A DNA stretch of 64,000 nt from Dehalococcoidia bacterium (GCA_034421095.1 DAOUKR010000026.1:583-64582); one strand, 5' to 3'. Shown: positions 1-8,931, counted from the first letter of the stretch. Notes: generated from the sequence alone by a model not told the origin. Program-made: numbers and translations.

Positions 1-9
1 AACGCTTCC

Positions 10-486
10 ATGGTGGCCACGAGTCTGAATGAGGTAGAGACCACCGCCAGGGAGATATCCAACTCCCAGAGAAGGACCGTTACCCACAACCGGGGCGACG
101 AGGTCATCCAGGCCGGGAACATAAAGTTTGGGCTGGAGTTCCGAGAGTTGCCGCAAATAAACGACCGGGGCATGGCCATCCATGTCCTCAGTGACGTGGC
201 AGGCCAGGAGATAGAGCTTCTCGCCTTCGACTGCTTCGACCGAGCGCCCCACTACCACTATGGCCCAAGGAACAAGGACGTGCGTCTCTATTGGGACACC
301 ACCACGGTCCCCGACACGCTGCAATGGACGCTGGACCAGTTCACCGATGGGAAGCTGCCGTCCATGATTGAGCGGGCGGGCTATCCCGGCATAGTAGCCG
401 AGATGGACAGAGAGCTTGTCATATCCACCGTGGAGAAGCAGGTCGCACCCAAGGCGCTGGCGACGCGCGCGGCCAACGCCAAGTAG
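10..486 (+). CDS. hypothetical protein (possibly 5'-truncated by the window edge)
   Basis: Track ORF of 158 aa. The frame stays open back to nt 1. Its composition is balanced (HYHYGP, LYWDTT), unlike the Arg/Pro-rich antisense ORFs that overlap it. No family recognised. Confidence 0.45.
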   Translation: MVATSLNEVETTAREISNSQRRTVTHNRGDEVIQAGNIKFGLEFRELPQINDRGMAIHVLSDVAGQEIELLAFDCFDRAPHYHYGPRNKDVRLYWDTTTVPDTLQWTLDQFTDGKLPSMIERAGYPGIVAEMDRELVISTVEKQVAPKALATRAANAK

Positions 487-663
487 AGAGGCGGGCAAGG
501 TATTGCCCCGTCGCACGCTTGCCGATGAGCGGCCAGGAAAGGACTGGAAGACCCTGGCCATGCAGGCAGGCGTCGCTCCCTGCACAAGATGTGGAAAGCA
601 CAGGCGGACTGGTCTGGCCGGTCCGCCTGTATTTCATCAAGAGTCTAGGGTAACTGGGTTGGT

Positions 664-1044
664 ATGGTAGAGGGCCGTCTGGAGCCGTGGGCGCTGAAAG
701 CCGTGGCCGATGAGTCGCTGGAAAGGGCCGCCTCTCAGCTACGGGACATCGTGAAGGAATTGGTAGATAGGCTTCATCCATTTCCAGCCTTCGTGGGTAT
801 GACCTCCATTCAGGCTGTTGAGGTGGAGCCTCGTGGTCTGCAGGCCACCAATAAGGGGTGTATTGTGGTCTGCCCGGATGGCGAGCTATATGAGTTGAAC
901 CTTCAGACCATACCCGGCCCTCTGGGTGTGAGCGACGTGGACCATGTGGACGAGTACCGGCCCTTGGAGCTACCGCTCGAGGAGTACATACCCTACGCCT
1001 ACGCAGCCATAAGGGCACTCACGGAAAAGCTCAACGCCCCATAA
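664..1044 (+). CDS. hypothetical protein
   Basis: Track ORF of 126 aa with an acidic, balanced composition. It lies on the same strand directly after the previous ORF. No family recognised. Confidence 0.4.
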   Translation: MVEGRLEPWALKAVADESLERAASQLRDIVKELVDRLHPFPAFVGMTSIQAVEVEPRGLQATNKGCIVVCPDGELYELNLQTIPGPLGVSDVDHVDEYRPLELPLEEYIPYAYAAIRALTEKLNAP

Positions 1045-1092
1045 GCAACTGTGGCCAATCGGACCCTCGCAGGAGTGACGAAAATTATCCGA

Positions 1093-2418
1093 CTATCTGA
1101 AGAGGCTCTGGAGGTCCCGTGGGCTGCGGGCGCGAGACATTTGCTTCATCAGCTTCTGGGCTTGGCGGAACTGGTTGAGAAGCTGGTTTACATCCTGGGG
1201 AGTGGTGCCACTGCCGAGGGCAATGCGACGGCGGCGTCTGCCATTCAATATGTCCGGGTTGCGCCTTTCCTCCGGAGTCATTGAGCGAATGACCGCCTCG
1301 AACTTGATGAGCTGTCGCTCGTCGAAGTCTTCAGGCATCCGGTTCTTCATCTGGGAGAACCCCGGTATCATCTCAAGCACCTGGGCGAAACCCATCTTCT
1401 TCACACTCTGAAACTGGCCCAGGAAGTCCTCCAGGTCGAAGGACGCCTTCCGTATCTTCCTTTCCAGTTCTTTAGCCTGCTGCTCGTCCACCGTCTGCTG
1501 GGCCTTTTCAATCAGGGACAGTACGTCCCCCATGCCCAGGATGCGGGAAGCCAGCCTGTCGGGGTGGAAGGGTTCAAGGGCGTCTGGCCTCTCGCCTGCA
1601 CCGATGAACTTGATGGGCACGCCGGTGACTCGGGTGATGGAAATGGCGGCCCCGCCCCTTGCATCGCCGTCCAGCTTGGTCATTATCAGGCCGGTAAGGT
1701 TGACCCTCTGGTGGAATTCCTGAGCGGAGTTCACGGCGTCTTGACCGGTCATGGCGTCCACCACCAACAAGACCTCGTCGGGGGACGCTTCCGACTTTAT
1801 GTCCTCCATCTCCTGCATCATCTCGTCGTCTATGTGCAGTCGGCCTCCGGTGTCAATGATGGCGTAGCTCATCCCGGCCTGTTGCGCCTGCCGTAGCCCT
1901 GCCCTGACCACACTGACGGGCGTGGAAGTGGGTTCCTCCGAATATACCGGTATGTCCAGTTGCTTGCCCAGGATGATAAGCTGTTGGATGGCGGCAGGTC
2001 GGCGGAGGTCGGCGGCAATCAGGGTGGAGCGATGGCCGCGCTGGCGAAGCTGCAAGGCCAGCTTGGCGGCGGTGGTGGTCTTTCCCGATCCCTGCAGACC
2101 CACCAACATCAGGACAGCCGGTGGGCGGTTGGGGTGTACCAGGTCATGGTCGCCTCCCCTCAGGATGTCGGTAAGCTCCTCGTTGACTATCTTCACCACC
2201 TGCTGGCCCGGACTCAGGCTTCCCATCACTTCGTCACCTACGGCTCGCTCCCTCACCTTGTTGACCAAGTCTCTGGCTACCCTGAAGTTCACGTCGGCCT
2301 CCAGAAGGGCCAGACGTACCTGTCTCAGGGCCTCATCCACGTCCTTCTCCGAGAGTCGTCCCTTGCCTGTGAGACGCCCGAAGATGCCGTTGAGCTTGTC
2401 GGTTAACGCTTCAAACAT
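1093..2418 (-). CDS. ffh: signal recognition particle protein Ffh
   Basis: 441 aa. N-terminus MFEALTDKLNGIFGRLTGKGRLSEKDVDEALRQVRLALLEADVNF, GTPase motifs GLQGSGKTTT and DTGGR, and a Met-rich M-domain. GGAGG lies upstream of the ATG at 2418. Confidence 0.95.
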   Translation of the reverse strand: MFEALTDKLNGIFGRLTGKGRLSEKDVDEALRQVRLALLEADVNFRVARDLVNKVRERAVGDEVMGSLSPGQQVVKIVNEELTDILRGGDHDLVHPNRPPAVLMLVGLQGSGKTTTAAKLALQLRQRGHRSTLIAADLRRPAAIQQLIILGKQLDIPVYSEEPTSTPVSVVRAGLRQAQQAGMSYAIIDTGGRLHIDDEMMQEMEDIKSEASPDEVLLVVDAMTGQDAVNSAQEFHQRVNLTGLIMTKLDGDARGGAAISITRVTGVPIKFIGAGERPDALEPFHPDRLASRILGMGDVLSLIEKAQQTVDEQQAKELERKIRKASFDLEDFLGQFQSVKKMGFAQVLEMIPGFSQMKNRMPEDFDERQLIKFEAVIRSMTPEERRNPDILNGRRRRRIALGSGTTPQDVNQLLNQFRQAQKLMKQMSRARSPRDLQSLFR

Positions 2419-2571
2419 GAGATAGCCTCCGTAGGTTGACCCAGTGAGTTGATTGTACGGTAGGCAATAGTTGGGGTCAAGGTAAGCTGTGAGCGCCTTT
2501 CGCGTTTACGGAGCTTCACCGAAGGCCCAATACCTGCTAGAATTTCCCTTAAACTGGGAGGTTGAGAAGAA

Positions 2572-3273
2572 GTGTCTCCTGGCAAGGTAATCTCAGGTGC
2601 CGACGAGGCGGTGGCCGACATCCCCGACGGCGCCGTGATTATGGTGGCGGGATACGCTGTGCCGGGCACACCTCAGAACCTGGTCAAAGCCCTCCTTGCC
2701 AAGGGGGTTGGCGGTCTTACGTGTATCAGCGGCCCCTGGTACGGTGGAGACCCCAACCTGTACGATGCCGCCAGGCTGATAGCCGATGGCCGGGTAAGGA
2801 AGGCCGTCACGTCTGCTCCCATACATCCCGACGCCTCAAACCCTGCCATTCGAATGTGGAGAGATGGGCAATTGGAAGTGGAAGCCGTGCCCCAGGGAAC
2901 CCTGGCAGAGAGGATCAGGGCCGGAGGCGCCGGCCTTGGAGGGATATACCTTGCCACGGGCATGGGGACGCCCTTTGAAGCTGGTAAGGAAAGGAAGTTA
3001 ATTGACGGGGAGGAATACATCTTCGAGATGCCCCTCAAGGCCGACTATGCCCTCCTCCGCGCCCACAAGGCCGACACCCTGGGAAACCTGGTGTACCGGC
3101 GTTCCCAGAGCAACTGGAACCCCATAATGGCTATGGCCGCCGACGTGACCATTGTGGAGGTGGACGAGGTTGTCTGGCCGGGAGAGCTGGACCCGGAGCT
3201 TATCATAACCCCCGGCATATACGTGAACAGAATTGTAGCGGTTGGAGACAAGCCCAATGAAACCAGGAATTAG
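2572..3273 (+). CDS. family-I CoA-transferase, subunit A
   Basis: 233 aa with a GTG start after GGGAGG. Hallmark segments are ADIPDGAVIMVAG, EVEAVPQGTLAERIRAGGAG and ADYALLRAHKADTLGNLVYR, typical of ScoA/AtoD-type alpha subunits. Confidence 0.85.
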   Translation: MSPGKVISGADEAVADIPDGAVIMVAGYAVPGTPQNLVKALLAKGVGGLTCISGPWYGGDPNLYDAARLIADGRVRKAVTSAPIHPDASNPAIRMWRDGQLEVEAVPQGTLAERIRAGGAGLGGIYLATGMGTPFEAGKERKLIDGEEYIFEMPLKADYALLRAHKADTLGNLVYRRSQSNWNPIMAMAADVTIVEVDEVVWPGELDPELIITPGIYVNRIVAVGDKPNETRN

Positions 3274-4666
3274 CAGGCAGCTTCTAGCGAACAGGGTGGC
3301 CTCCGAGCTTGGCCCCGGACAGGTGGTCAGCCTGGGAGTGGGATTGCCGGGAATGGTGCCCGACTACGTGGCGTCCGGCATGGGTGTGATATTCCACACC
3401 GAGAACGGCCTGATAAATCGTGGTTCGAGACCCCAGAGGGAGAATTGGGAACCTGACCTGGTGGATGCGGGGAGTGAACCCGTCGGACTGCTGCCCGGAG
3501 GCTCCATAGTGCATCAGGCGGACTCCCTCGGCATGGTCAGGGGTGGGTACGTGGACGTGGCGGTGGTAGAGGCGTTGCAGGTCTCGGAGAGGGGAGACCT
3601 GGCTGACAGGGCGGCCACCGGGGCTGTGGCAGGTGGGTCGGTAGATGTAGCAGCCGGCGCAAAACGTCTCATCGCCATGATGGGGCATACTACCCAGGAT
3701 GGCAGACCCCGGGTGGTAACGGACCTTGGCTACCCCTCCTCCGGGCCGGGGTGTGTGGACCTTATAGTTACCGACGTGGCGGTGATTCAGGTCTCCACTG
3801 ATGGCCTTCTGCTCAAAGAGGTGGCCCCTGGCTGGAGCGTGGAGGAGGTGCAGGGTATTACCGGAGCCACTCTCATGTCGTCGCCTGACCTGAAAGAGAT
3901 AGCCCCCTCTCGACCTGTGGGACAAGCGGATAGCAAGGTTTACTCCGACGCGGCGGCAGCCGTAGCCGATATACCCGACGGCTCTACAGTCTTGCTGGAC
4001 GGTTTTGCCGGCCCGGGCGGGATGGCCCAATACCTGATTCTGGCCCTGCGAGACCAGGGCGCCGGGGAGTTGACCATTGTGAGCAACACCGCCGGCATAG
4101 CTCGCGCGGTCAGCTTTGGCACCCCGCCCGGTTTTCTACCCATAGACCACAGCGTTCTGGTTGACAGCGGCCAGGTGCGGAAAGCAGTGGCATCCTTCCC
4201 GGTTTCGCCCTCCCCATCCCGACCCAGCGCCTTTGAGCTTGCCTACAGGCGTGGCGATGTAGACCTGGAGCTGGTTCCCCAGGGTACGCTGGCGGAACGC
4301 ATCAGGGCCGGAGGATTCGGCATTGCCGCCTTCTACACTCCAACCGGGGCAGGCACGCAGATAGCCGAGGGCAAAGAGACGCGGCTGATAAACGGACGGG
4401 AGCAGGTGCTGGAGTATGGAATCGTAGCGGACTACGCCCTTCTGCGTGCCCACAGGGCCGATACTATGGGCAACCTGGTGTACAGGGGTACGTCGCGCAA
4501 CTTCAACGCCGTGATGGCCCCGGCGGCAGCTGTTACCATCGTTGAGGTTGATGAGATAGTCCCGGCGGGGCGTCTTGACCCGGACGCCGTCGTCACACCG
4601 GGGGTCTTTGTGCAGCGCATCGTACAGCGGCCGGCGGGTTTCTTCCCTTATGAGCGGACGGGTTGA
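3257..4666 (+). CDS. fused CoA-transferase: subunit-B domain (N-terminal) plus subunit-A domain (C-terminal)
   Basis: The N-terminal ~215 aa look like a beta subunit (GVGLPGMVPDYV, FHTENGL with the catalytic Glu, VTDVAVIQV). The C-terminal ~250 aa look like an alpha subunit (ADIPDGSTVLLDGF, ELVPQGTLAERIRAGGFG, ADYALLRAHRADTMGNLVYR). The start is 3242 or 3257; both overlap the upstream gene. Confidence 0.8.
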   Translation: MKPGISRQLLANRVASELGPGQVVSLGVGLPGMVPDYVASGMGVIFHTENGLINRGSRPQRENWEPDLVDAGSEPVGLLPGGSIVHQADSLGMVRGGYVDVAVVEALQVSERGDLADRAATGAVAGGSVDVAAGAKRLIAMMGHTTQDGRPRVVTDLGYPSSGPGCVDLIVTDVAVIQVSTDGLLLKEVAPGWSVEEVQGITGATLMSSPDLKEIAPSRPVGQADSKVYSDAAAAVADIPDGSTVLLDGFAGPGGMAQYLILALRDQGAGELTIVSNTAGIARAVSFGTPPGFLPIDHSVLVDSGQVRKAVASFPVSPSPSRPSAFELAYRRGDVDLELVPQGTLAERIRAGGFGIAAFYTPTGAGTQIAEGKETRLINGREQVLEYGIVADYALLRAHRADTMGNLVYRGTSRNFNAVMAPAAAVTIVEVDEIVPAGRLDPDAVVTPGVFVQRIVQRPAGFFPYERTG

Positions 4667-4703
4667 TTTGTTAGCTCTCCAGTCGAATCCAAATGCGTAA
4701 CGC

Positions 4704-5066
4704 TTATGACAATCTATCGAGAACCTCGTCTTCGTAGCCTCTAGGAGTTGTCTCCGAAGGGAGTGGATTATCGGAGCCGGATGTCAACAAGGGTTCAAAT
4801 TTGAACTTGGGCCTCAGCCACATGGCCGCAACCAGCGCTCCAATATGACCTATCGTAGGATTTGCCGCCCCGCTCTCTAATTTGGCGATGTATGCCTGGC
4901 TCACTCCACTCATTTCCGCTAGCTGTTTCTGAGTAAGCCCGGCACTGTGGCGTGCTTCTGCAAGGGCGAGAGCCAAGTCCAGTCTTATATTCTCAGAACC
5001 ATATACCCGACGGTGTTCATCGTCTTGCAGCCATTTCCCAATTTCCTCCAACGCATTATTAGTCAT
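4704..5066 (-). CDS. XRE-family helix-turn-helix transcriptional regulator (antitoxin-like)
   Basis: 120 aa. A classic HTH_3 core, LTQKQLAEMSGVSQAYIAKLESGAANPTIGHIGALVAAM. Confidence 0.8.
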   Translation of the reverse strand: MTNNALEEIGKWLQDDEHRRVYGSENIRLDLALALAEARHSAGLTQKQLAEMSGVSQAYIAKLESGAANPTIGHIGALVAAMWLRPKFKFEPLLTSGSDNPLPSETTPRGYEDEVLDRLS

Positions 5067-5139
5067 GGTCTCTCCCTTATTCGTTCCTTAGATAGGCCTG
5101 TCTCAAACGTTCAGCCATCTGAATTTCATGGCGGTCTCC

Positions 5140-5343
5140 TCAGGACAGCTTACCGAACACCATACCCGCGAACCCTGTCAGCAATGGAGGCCAGGTACGC
5201 TCCAGCACAGGGACCGACCTGTGGTCTCCGGGGAGCGCAAGCCAGAGGATGAAAGAGACAATCGTGAATGTTGCGACCAGGTAGAAGGCCACCCGGAACT
5301 CGAAGGGGAATCCGCTTCTGTCCTGACCTCTGTGAACTCTCAC
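5140..5343 (-). CDS. putative small two-TM membrane protein
   Basis: 67 aa with a GTG start immediately after the stop of the upstream 92-aa ORF. Two hydrophobic segments (VAFYLVATFTIVSFILWLAL and WPPLLTGFAGMVFG). No homology recognised. Confidence 0.35.
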   Translation of the reverse strand: MRVHRGQDRSGFPFEFRVAFYLVATFTIVSFILWLALPGDHRSVPVLERTWPPLLTGFAGMVFGKLS

Positions 5344-5622
5344 TTACTTCCCAGCCCTTCTCTTACCGCTATGTTCCGGCCCTATAATGTTCCCGGCCTT
5401 GTCCTCCAGCCACACGATGTCTCCCGTACTCTTGGATACCACAACCGTTTTCGTGCCGTACTTGGGATTAACACCGTTGGCGAGGCTTTTCAGCGCAGCC
5501 AGAATTGGGAACCGCCTCATCCACTTGCCCGGAACATATCTGTCTATATCTTGACCTCTTCCGTCCATCAAGCCTATTATCCAGTTGACCGAGTCGAGAT
5601 AATCATCATCCCGCGAACCCAT
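5344..5622 (-). CDS. hypothetical 92-aa protein (first gene of the XRE cassette)
   Basis: This is the internal ATG (5622) of the track ORF 5344..6114. Only this 3' part lies outside the + strand CoA-transferase B gene. The sequence (MGSRDDDYLDSVNWIIGLMDGRG...GTKTVVVSKSTGDIVWLEDKAGNIIGPEH) looks protein-like. No family recognised. Confidence 0.45.
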   Translation of the reverse strand: MGSRDDDYLDSVNWIIGLMDGRGQDIDRYVPGKWMRRFPILAALKSLANGVNPKYGTKTVVVSKSTGDIVWLEDKAGNIIGPEHSGKRRAGK

Positions 5623-5670
5623 TATAGTCCGGCAATATACCCCAGTCCATGAGCGAATGTCGGGAGTGTT

Positions 5671-6336
5671 ATGGACAAAGAGCGTCTTGATAGGGAAGTT
5701 ATTGCCATGCGGGTAGCCAAGGAACTGCCCGATGGCGCTTGTGTCAATCTGGGCATTGGCATCCCAACCCTGGTATCCGGCTACGTTCCCGAAGGCATGA
5801 CGGTGCTCTACCATAGCGAAAGCGGTGTCCTGAACTGCGGCCCCCTTGCCGACGAAGGGGAAGAGGATATAGACCTCATCAACGCAGGAGGCCAGTTCCT
5901 CAAGATGGTGCCGGGTATGTCCTTTTTCAGTTCCGCCGATGCTTTCGCCATGATTCGCGGCGGCCACATAGACGTGACCGTGCTGGGCGCTCTTCAGGTC
6001 TCGGAGGTGGGCGACCTGGCGAACTGGATGCTGCCCGAGAGGGGCGTGGGCAACATCGGCGGCGCTATGGACCTGGCTATGGGAGCCGGACGGGTCATTG
6101 TGGCAATGGAGCATACTGACAGGAACGACCGGCCCAAGATAGTGAAAGAGTGCTCCTACCCCACTACGGCGAGGGGTTGTGTGAGCCTCATAGTTACCGA
6201 CATAGCGGTGATTGAGGTCACCGTGGAGGGCCTGGTGCTCAAAGAGGTCGCGCCGGGCTGGACGGCGGAGGACGTACAGGAGCTAACGGAGGCCCGCCTT
6301 ATGCTATCCCCTGACCTGAAGGAAATTGAGCTTTGA
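5671..6336 (+). CDS. family-I CoA-transferase, subunit B
   Basis: 221 aa. Contains NLGIGIPTLVSGYVPEG, YHSESGVL (catalytic Glu motif) and IVTDIAVIEV. GGGAG lies upstream of the ATG. Confidence 0.88.
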   Translation: MDKERLDREVIAMRVAKELPDGACVNLGIGIPTLVSGYVPEGMTVLYHSESGVLNCGPLADEGEEDIDLINAGGQFLKMVPGMSFFSSADAFAMIRGGHIDVTVLGALQVSEVGDLANWMLPERGVGNIGGAMDLAMGAGRVIVAMEHTDRNDRPKIVKECSYPTTARGCVSLIVTDIAVIEVTVEGLVLKEVAPGWTAEDVQELTEARLMLSPDLKEIEL

Positions 6337-6348
6337 CCTTAATTTTCC

Positions 6349-6388
6349 TGTCATTCTGAACGCAACGAAGTGGAGTGAAGAATCTAAA
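6349..6388. repeat. single palindromic repeat unit ('gtcattctgaa...gaagaatctaaag' family)
   Basis: tgtcattctgaacgcaacgaagtggagtgaagaatctaaagg. Related units are seen at 9045-9115, 11129-11167, 35574-35608 and 51725-51751. Confidence 0.7.
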
Positions 6389-6449
6389 GGCAAGACTATC
6401 GAGCATCTCATAGCAGTAGACGGTGTCGACAAGCTGGTCAGTCACGAAC

Positions 6450-6857
6450 CTACCTGCTCAACCAACTCAACTGCTCGCCGATTTTCAGGCCTTCCATGGG
6501 GACAGAGACGGCCAGACCACGACCCCGCAAAGATGGCTCCAGGAACTCCCGGTAGCGCTGGCCGGCCATGAATGTGACGGCCCCAACGCTGTCCAAATGG
6601 GACTCCAACTGGGTGAGGACCCTTCCCGCCCACCGGCGGCGGTCCGAACGCCCCATGGTGTTCAGGGTGAGGTCATAAGGCTCAATTACCTCGTTGGGGT
6701 GAACGAGGCCATACTTGGCGGACAGTACGAACCAGGGGCCGCCCGTTCTTTCTACGTAGGCGCGAGCTTTGCGGAACAGGGGAGAGGTGTACAGGTCCTT
6801 CGCGGGTGAAGGAGTCGCCCGTTTCTTCGACACGCATGACACTAGGTAAATGGTCAT
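6450..6857 (-). CDS. DUF6884-like hypothetical protein
   Basis: The internal ATG at 6857 is preceded by GGGAGAC. MTIYLVSCVSKKR...AKDLYTSPLFRKARAYVE...WFVLSAKYGLVHPNEVIEPYDLTL matches my recollection of the DUF6884 pattern. The track start at 6896 is probably too long. Confidence 0.55.
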   Translation of the reverse strand: MTIYLVSCVSKKRATPSPAKDLYTSPLFRKARAYVERTGGPWFVLSAKYGLVHPNEVIEPYDLTLNTMGRSDRRRWAGRVLTQLESHLDSVGAVTFMAGQRYREFLEPSLRGRGLAVSVPMEGLKIGEQLSWLSR

Positions 6858-6920
6858 ATTGTCTCCCTGCAGCGGGCAGACAGTGGACAGACGCACGGCA
6901 GTCGGCCGGCGGGAGGCCGG

Positions 6921-8183
6921 CTAGAGCTTCAGCAGGTTGCGAAACCGGCGGTCACTGCGATAGGGCCCGACCACCGCAAGGTTCAGCTTGTCCTCCCGTA
7001 TGATGTCCCCGGCCACACGCTCTATGTCCTCGGTGGAAACATCATCCAACCGCTCCACCACTTCATCCACGGTGCGGACCCCTCCCGTCAGAGTCTCCTG
7101 GGCTCCCATCCACATGGCGACGCTACGGCTGTCCTCCATGCGCAGGAGCATCCTGCCCTTGGAAAGCTCCCGTGCCTTCTCAAGCTCGCTGTCGGGGATG
7201 TCGTGCCGGAGGCCGTTCAACTGCTCCATGATGGCGCTTACTGCCCTCTGGCTCTTTTGAGGCTCCACGCCACAGTAAACAATCAAGGAGCCGCAATCTC
7301 GGAAGAGGTTTATCGAGCTATGCACGTCGTAGGCCAGGCTCTGATTCTCCCGTAGCTCAAGGAACAGACGGCTGCTCATGCCCTCGCCCAGAATAACGTT
7401 CATCAGCCCCAGGACATACCTGTCCGGGTGGGTAAGGGGCAGGCCGGGGAGTCCGATACACAGGTGTGCCTGGTCGGTCTTGCGCTGCTCAACCCGGATT
7501 CGGGGTATCTCTTGTCCATCCTGAACAGGATACCAATCCATAGGCTCCTCGGGAGACCAGTCTCTGAGGGCCTCGCTCAGCAGGTCCACCACCTCTTCAT
7601 GGGATACGTCTCCGGCTACCGCCACCGCCGCGTTGCGGGGGGTGTACTGGCGTCTAACGTAGTCAACTATCTGCTCGCGGGTGATGTTGCTGACCGACTC
7701 CTGGCTTCCTCCCACGTCCCTGCCCATGGGCTGGTCGGGCCAGAGGGTCTCGTCAATAAGCAGGTCAACACGATTGGTGGGATAGTCGTTGACCATCCTC
7801 AACTCTTCCAGCACCACCTCCCGCTCCTTCTCCAGCTCCGTGGGGTCGAGAAGGGGATTGAGCATCATATCAACCAGGACGGAGAGGGAACGCTGGAAGT
7901 GGGGCCTTGCCACCTTGCACCAGAACACCGTCATCTCTCTGTCGGTGCTGGCGTTCATAATACCGCCGACTCCCTCCACCGCCTCGCTTATCTCCCTGGC
8001 AGTGGGCCAGGCCTTGGTGCCCTTGAAGAGCATGTGCTCCAGAAAATGAGACGTACCCGCAATTTCGTCGGACTCGTATCTGGAGCCTGCTCCGATGAAT
8101 ATGGCCATAGATACAGACCGGGTATGGGGCATAGAGGAGGTGAGCACTGGTAATCCGTTATCTAGAACAGTCCTTTGGTACAT
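6921..8183 (-). CDS. M16-family (pitrilysin/insulinase-like) zinc peptidase
   Basis: Inverted zinc motif HFLEHMLFKGT. The start was moved to ATG 8183 (MYQRTVLDNGLPVL), because the 31 upstream codons in the track ORF run through a palindromic repeat. Confidence 0.9.
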   Translation of the reverse strand: MYQRTVLDNGLPVLTSSMPHTRSVSMAIFIGAGSRYESDEIAGTSHFLEHMLFKGTKAWPTAREISEAVEGVGGIMNASTDREMTVFWCKVARPHFQRSLSVLVDMMLNPLLDPTELEKEREVVLEELRMVNDYPTNRVDLLIDETLWPDQPMGRDVGGSQESVSNITREQIVDYVRRQYTPRNAAVAVAGDVSHEEVVDLLSEALRDWSPEEPMDWYPVQDGQEIPRIRVEQRKTDQAHLCIGLPGLPLTHPDRYVLGLMNVILGEGMSSRLFLELRENQSLAYDVHSSINLFRDCGSLIVYCGVEPQKSQRAVSAIMEQLNGLRHDIPDSELEKARELSKGRMLLRMEDSRSVAMWMGAQETLTGGVRTVDEVVERLDDVSTEDIERVAGDIIREDKLNLAVVGPYRSDRRFRNLLKL

Positions 8184-8220
8184 ATCCACTCCCTGAGATG
8201 GTTTTCTAAAGGTGTTGGAA

Positions 8221-8280
8221 CAAATCCCCCTCATCCCAACCTTCTCCCGCCAGGGGAGAAGGGGCTTTCGGGCCACCTTT
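8221..8280. repeat. G/C-rich palindromic repeat unit ('ccttctccc-gcc-aggggagaagg' family)
   Basis: cctcatcccaaccttctcccgccaggggagaaggggc. The same family recurs at 20841-20942, 21990-22096, 29275-29355, 57790-57840 and 61320-61400/61560-61640. Confidence 0.7.
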
Positions 8281-8286
8281 TGAGAG

Positions 8287-8931
8287 CTAGCTCTTTAGCC
8301 ACTCCACGTCGCCGTGCAGGTCGTTGGGGTGAGGCCTTGAATCGAACTCCTGAATCTGCCTCCTGGCCTCGCCTATGGTGCTGTCTGTGCCGTGTCCGGG
8401 GTAAACGGCGGTATCGTCGGGCAGTGCCAGGAGCTTCAGGTCTATGCTGTCTTTCACCTGCCGGAAGGCTTCGGGAGAACCGGTCCTGCCGGGGCCGCCG
8501 GGGAACAGGGTATCCCCCGTGAAGAGGAGCTTTCCGGTGAGCAGGCAAAGGGCCCCTGGCGTGTGTCCGGGCGTGTGCATGGCGCTTAGCCGGATATTGC
8601 CCACCTGATAGGTATCGCCATCATTTAGCTGAATCTCCGGGGGGATGGGCAACGCCGGTGCGTCGTCGGTGTGGGCTGCCACAGGAGCGCCAGTATCGTC
8701 TTTCACCTCCTGGAGGCCGGCCGTGTGGTCGCCGTGCCGATGGGTGATGATGATAGCGTTCACTTTGACATCCCCCACTTCCCTCAGCAGCTTCTCCGGC
8801 TCGGCGGGTGCGTCAATAATTACCGCCTCTCCTGTCTTTCGACACGACAGGATATAGCTGTTGTTGTCCAACTGTCCCATGTGGGGCACCTTGACTAAAC
8901 GTACTTCACTATCTTCGTAATGAAGAGGCAC
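8287..8931 (-). CDS. MBL-fold metallo-hydrolase (glyoxalase II-like)
   Basis: 214 aa with the motif IITHRHGDHTAG and a downstream HTPGHTPG. GTG start after AAGGAGGG. Confidence 0.85.
   Translation of the reverse strand: MPLHYEDSEVRLVKVPHMGQLDNNSYILSCRKTGEAVIIDAPAEPEKLLREVGDVKVNAIIITHRHGDHTAGLQEVKDDTGAPVAAHTDDAPALPIPPEIQLNDGDTYQVGNIRLSAMHTPGHTPGALCLLTGKLLFTGDTLFPGGPGRTGSPEAFRQVKDSIDLKLLALPDDTAVYPGHGTDSTIGEARRQIQEFDSRPHPNDLHGDVEWLKS

Noticed and set aside
419-1018. A 199-aa minus-strand ORF, together with other long antisense ORFs: 11331..11984, 13481..14479, 22096..22884, 36521..37315, 39626..40483, 47298..47966, 48927..49583, 56430..57104 and 61764..62420.
   Set aside because: Each lies opposite a gene with strong family evidence (lysA, prpD-like, amidohydrolase, modC, TPP enzyme, argF, der, hrcA, rho) or opposite the more plausible + strand ORFs. 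All have Pro/Arg/Gly/His-rich translations.
5623-6114. The upstream 164 codons of the 256-aa minus-strand ORF 5344..6114.
   Set aside because: This part overlaps the + strand CoA-transferase B gene (5671..6336), which has clear family motifs. Only the 3' 92 codons (5344..5622), lying in the intergenic gap, were kept as a candidate gene.
8184-8276. N-terminal extensions of track ORFs into repeat DNA: M16 peptidase 8184-8276, LLM oxidoreductase 21966-22052, SMP-30 31649-31858, amidohydrolase 23500-23577 and dnaJ 54683-54793.
   Set aside because: The extensions read through palindromic repeat units or lack an RBS (for example PLLPWREKVGMRG and HPNPPPAGEKG). Internal ATG/GTG codons with good GGAGG-type RBSs coincide with the conserved family N-termini.
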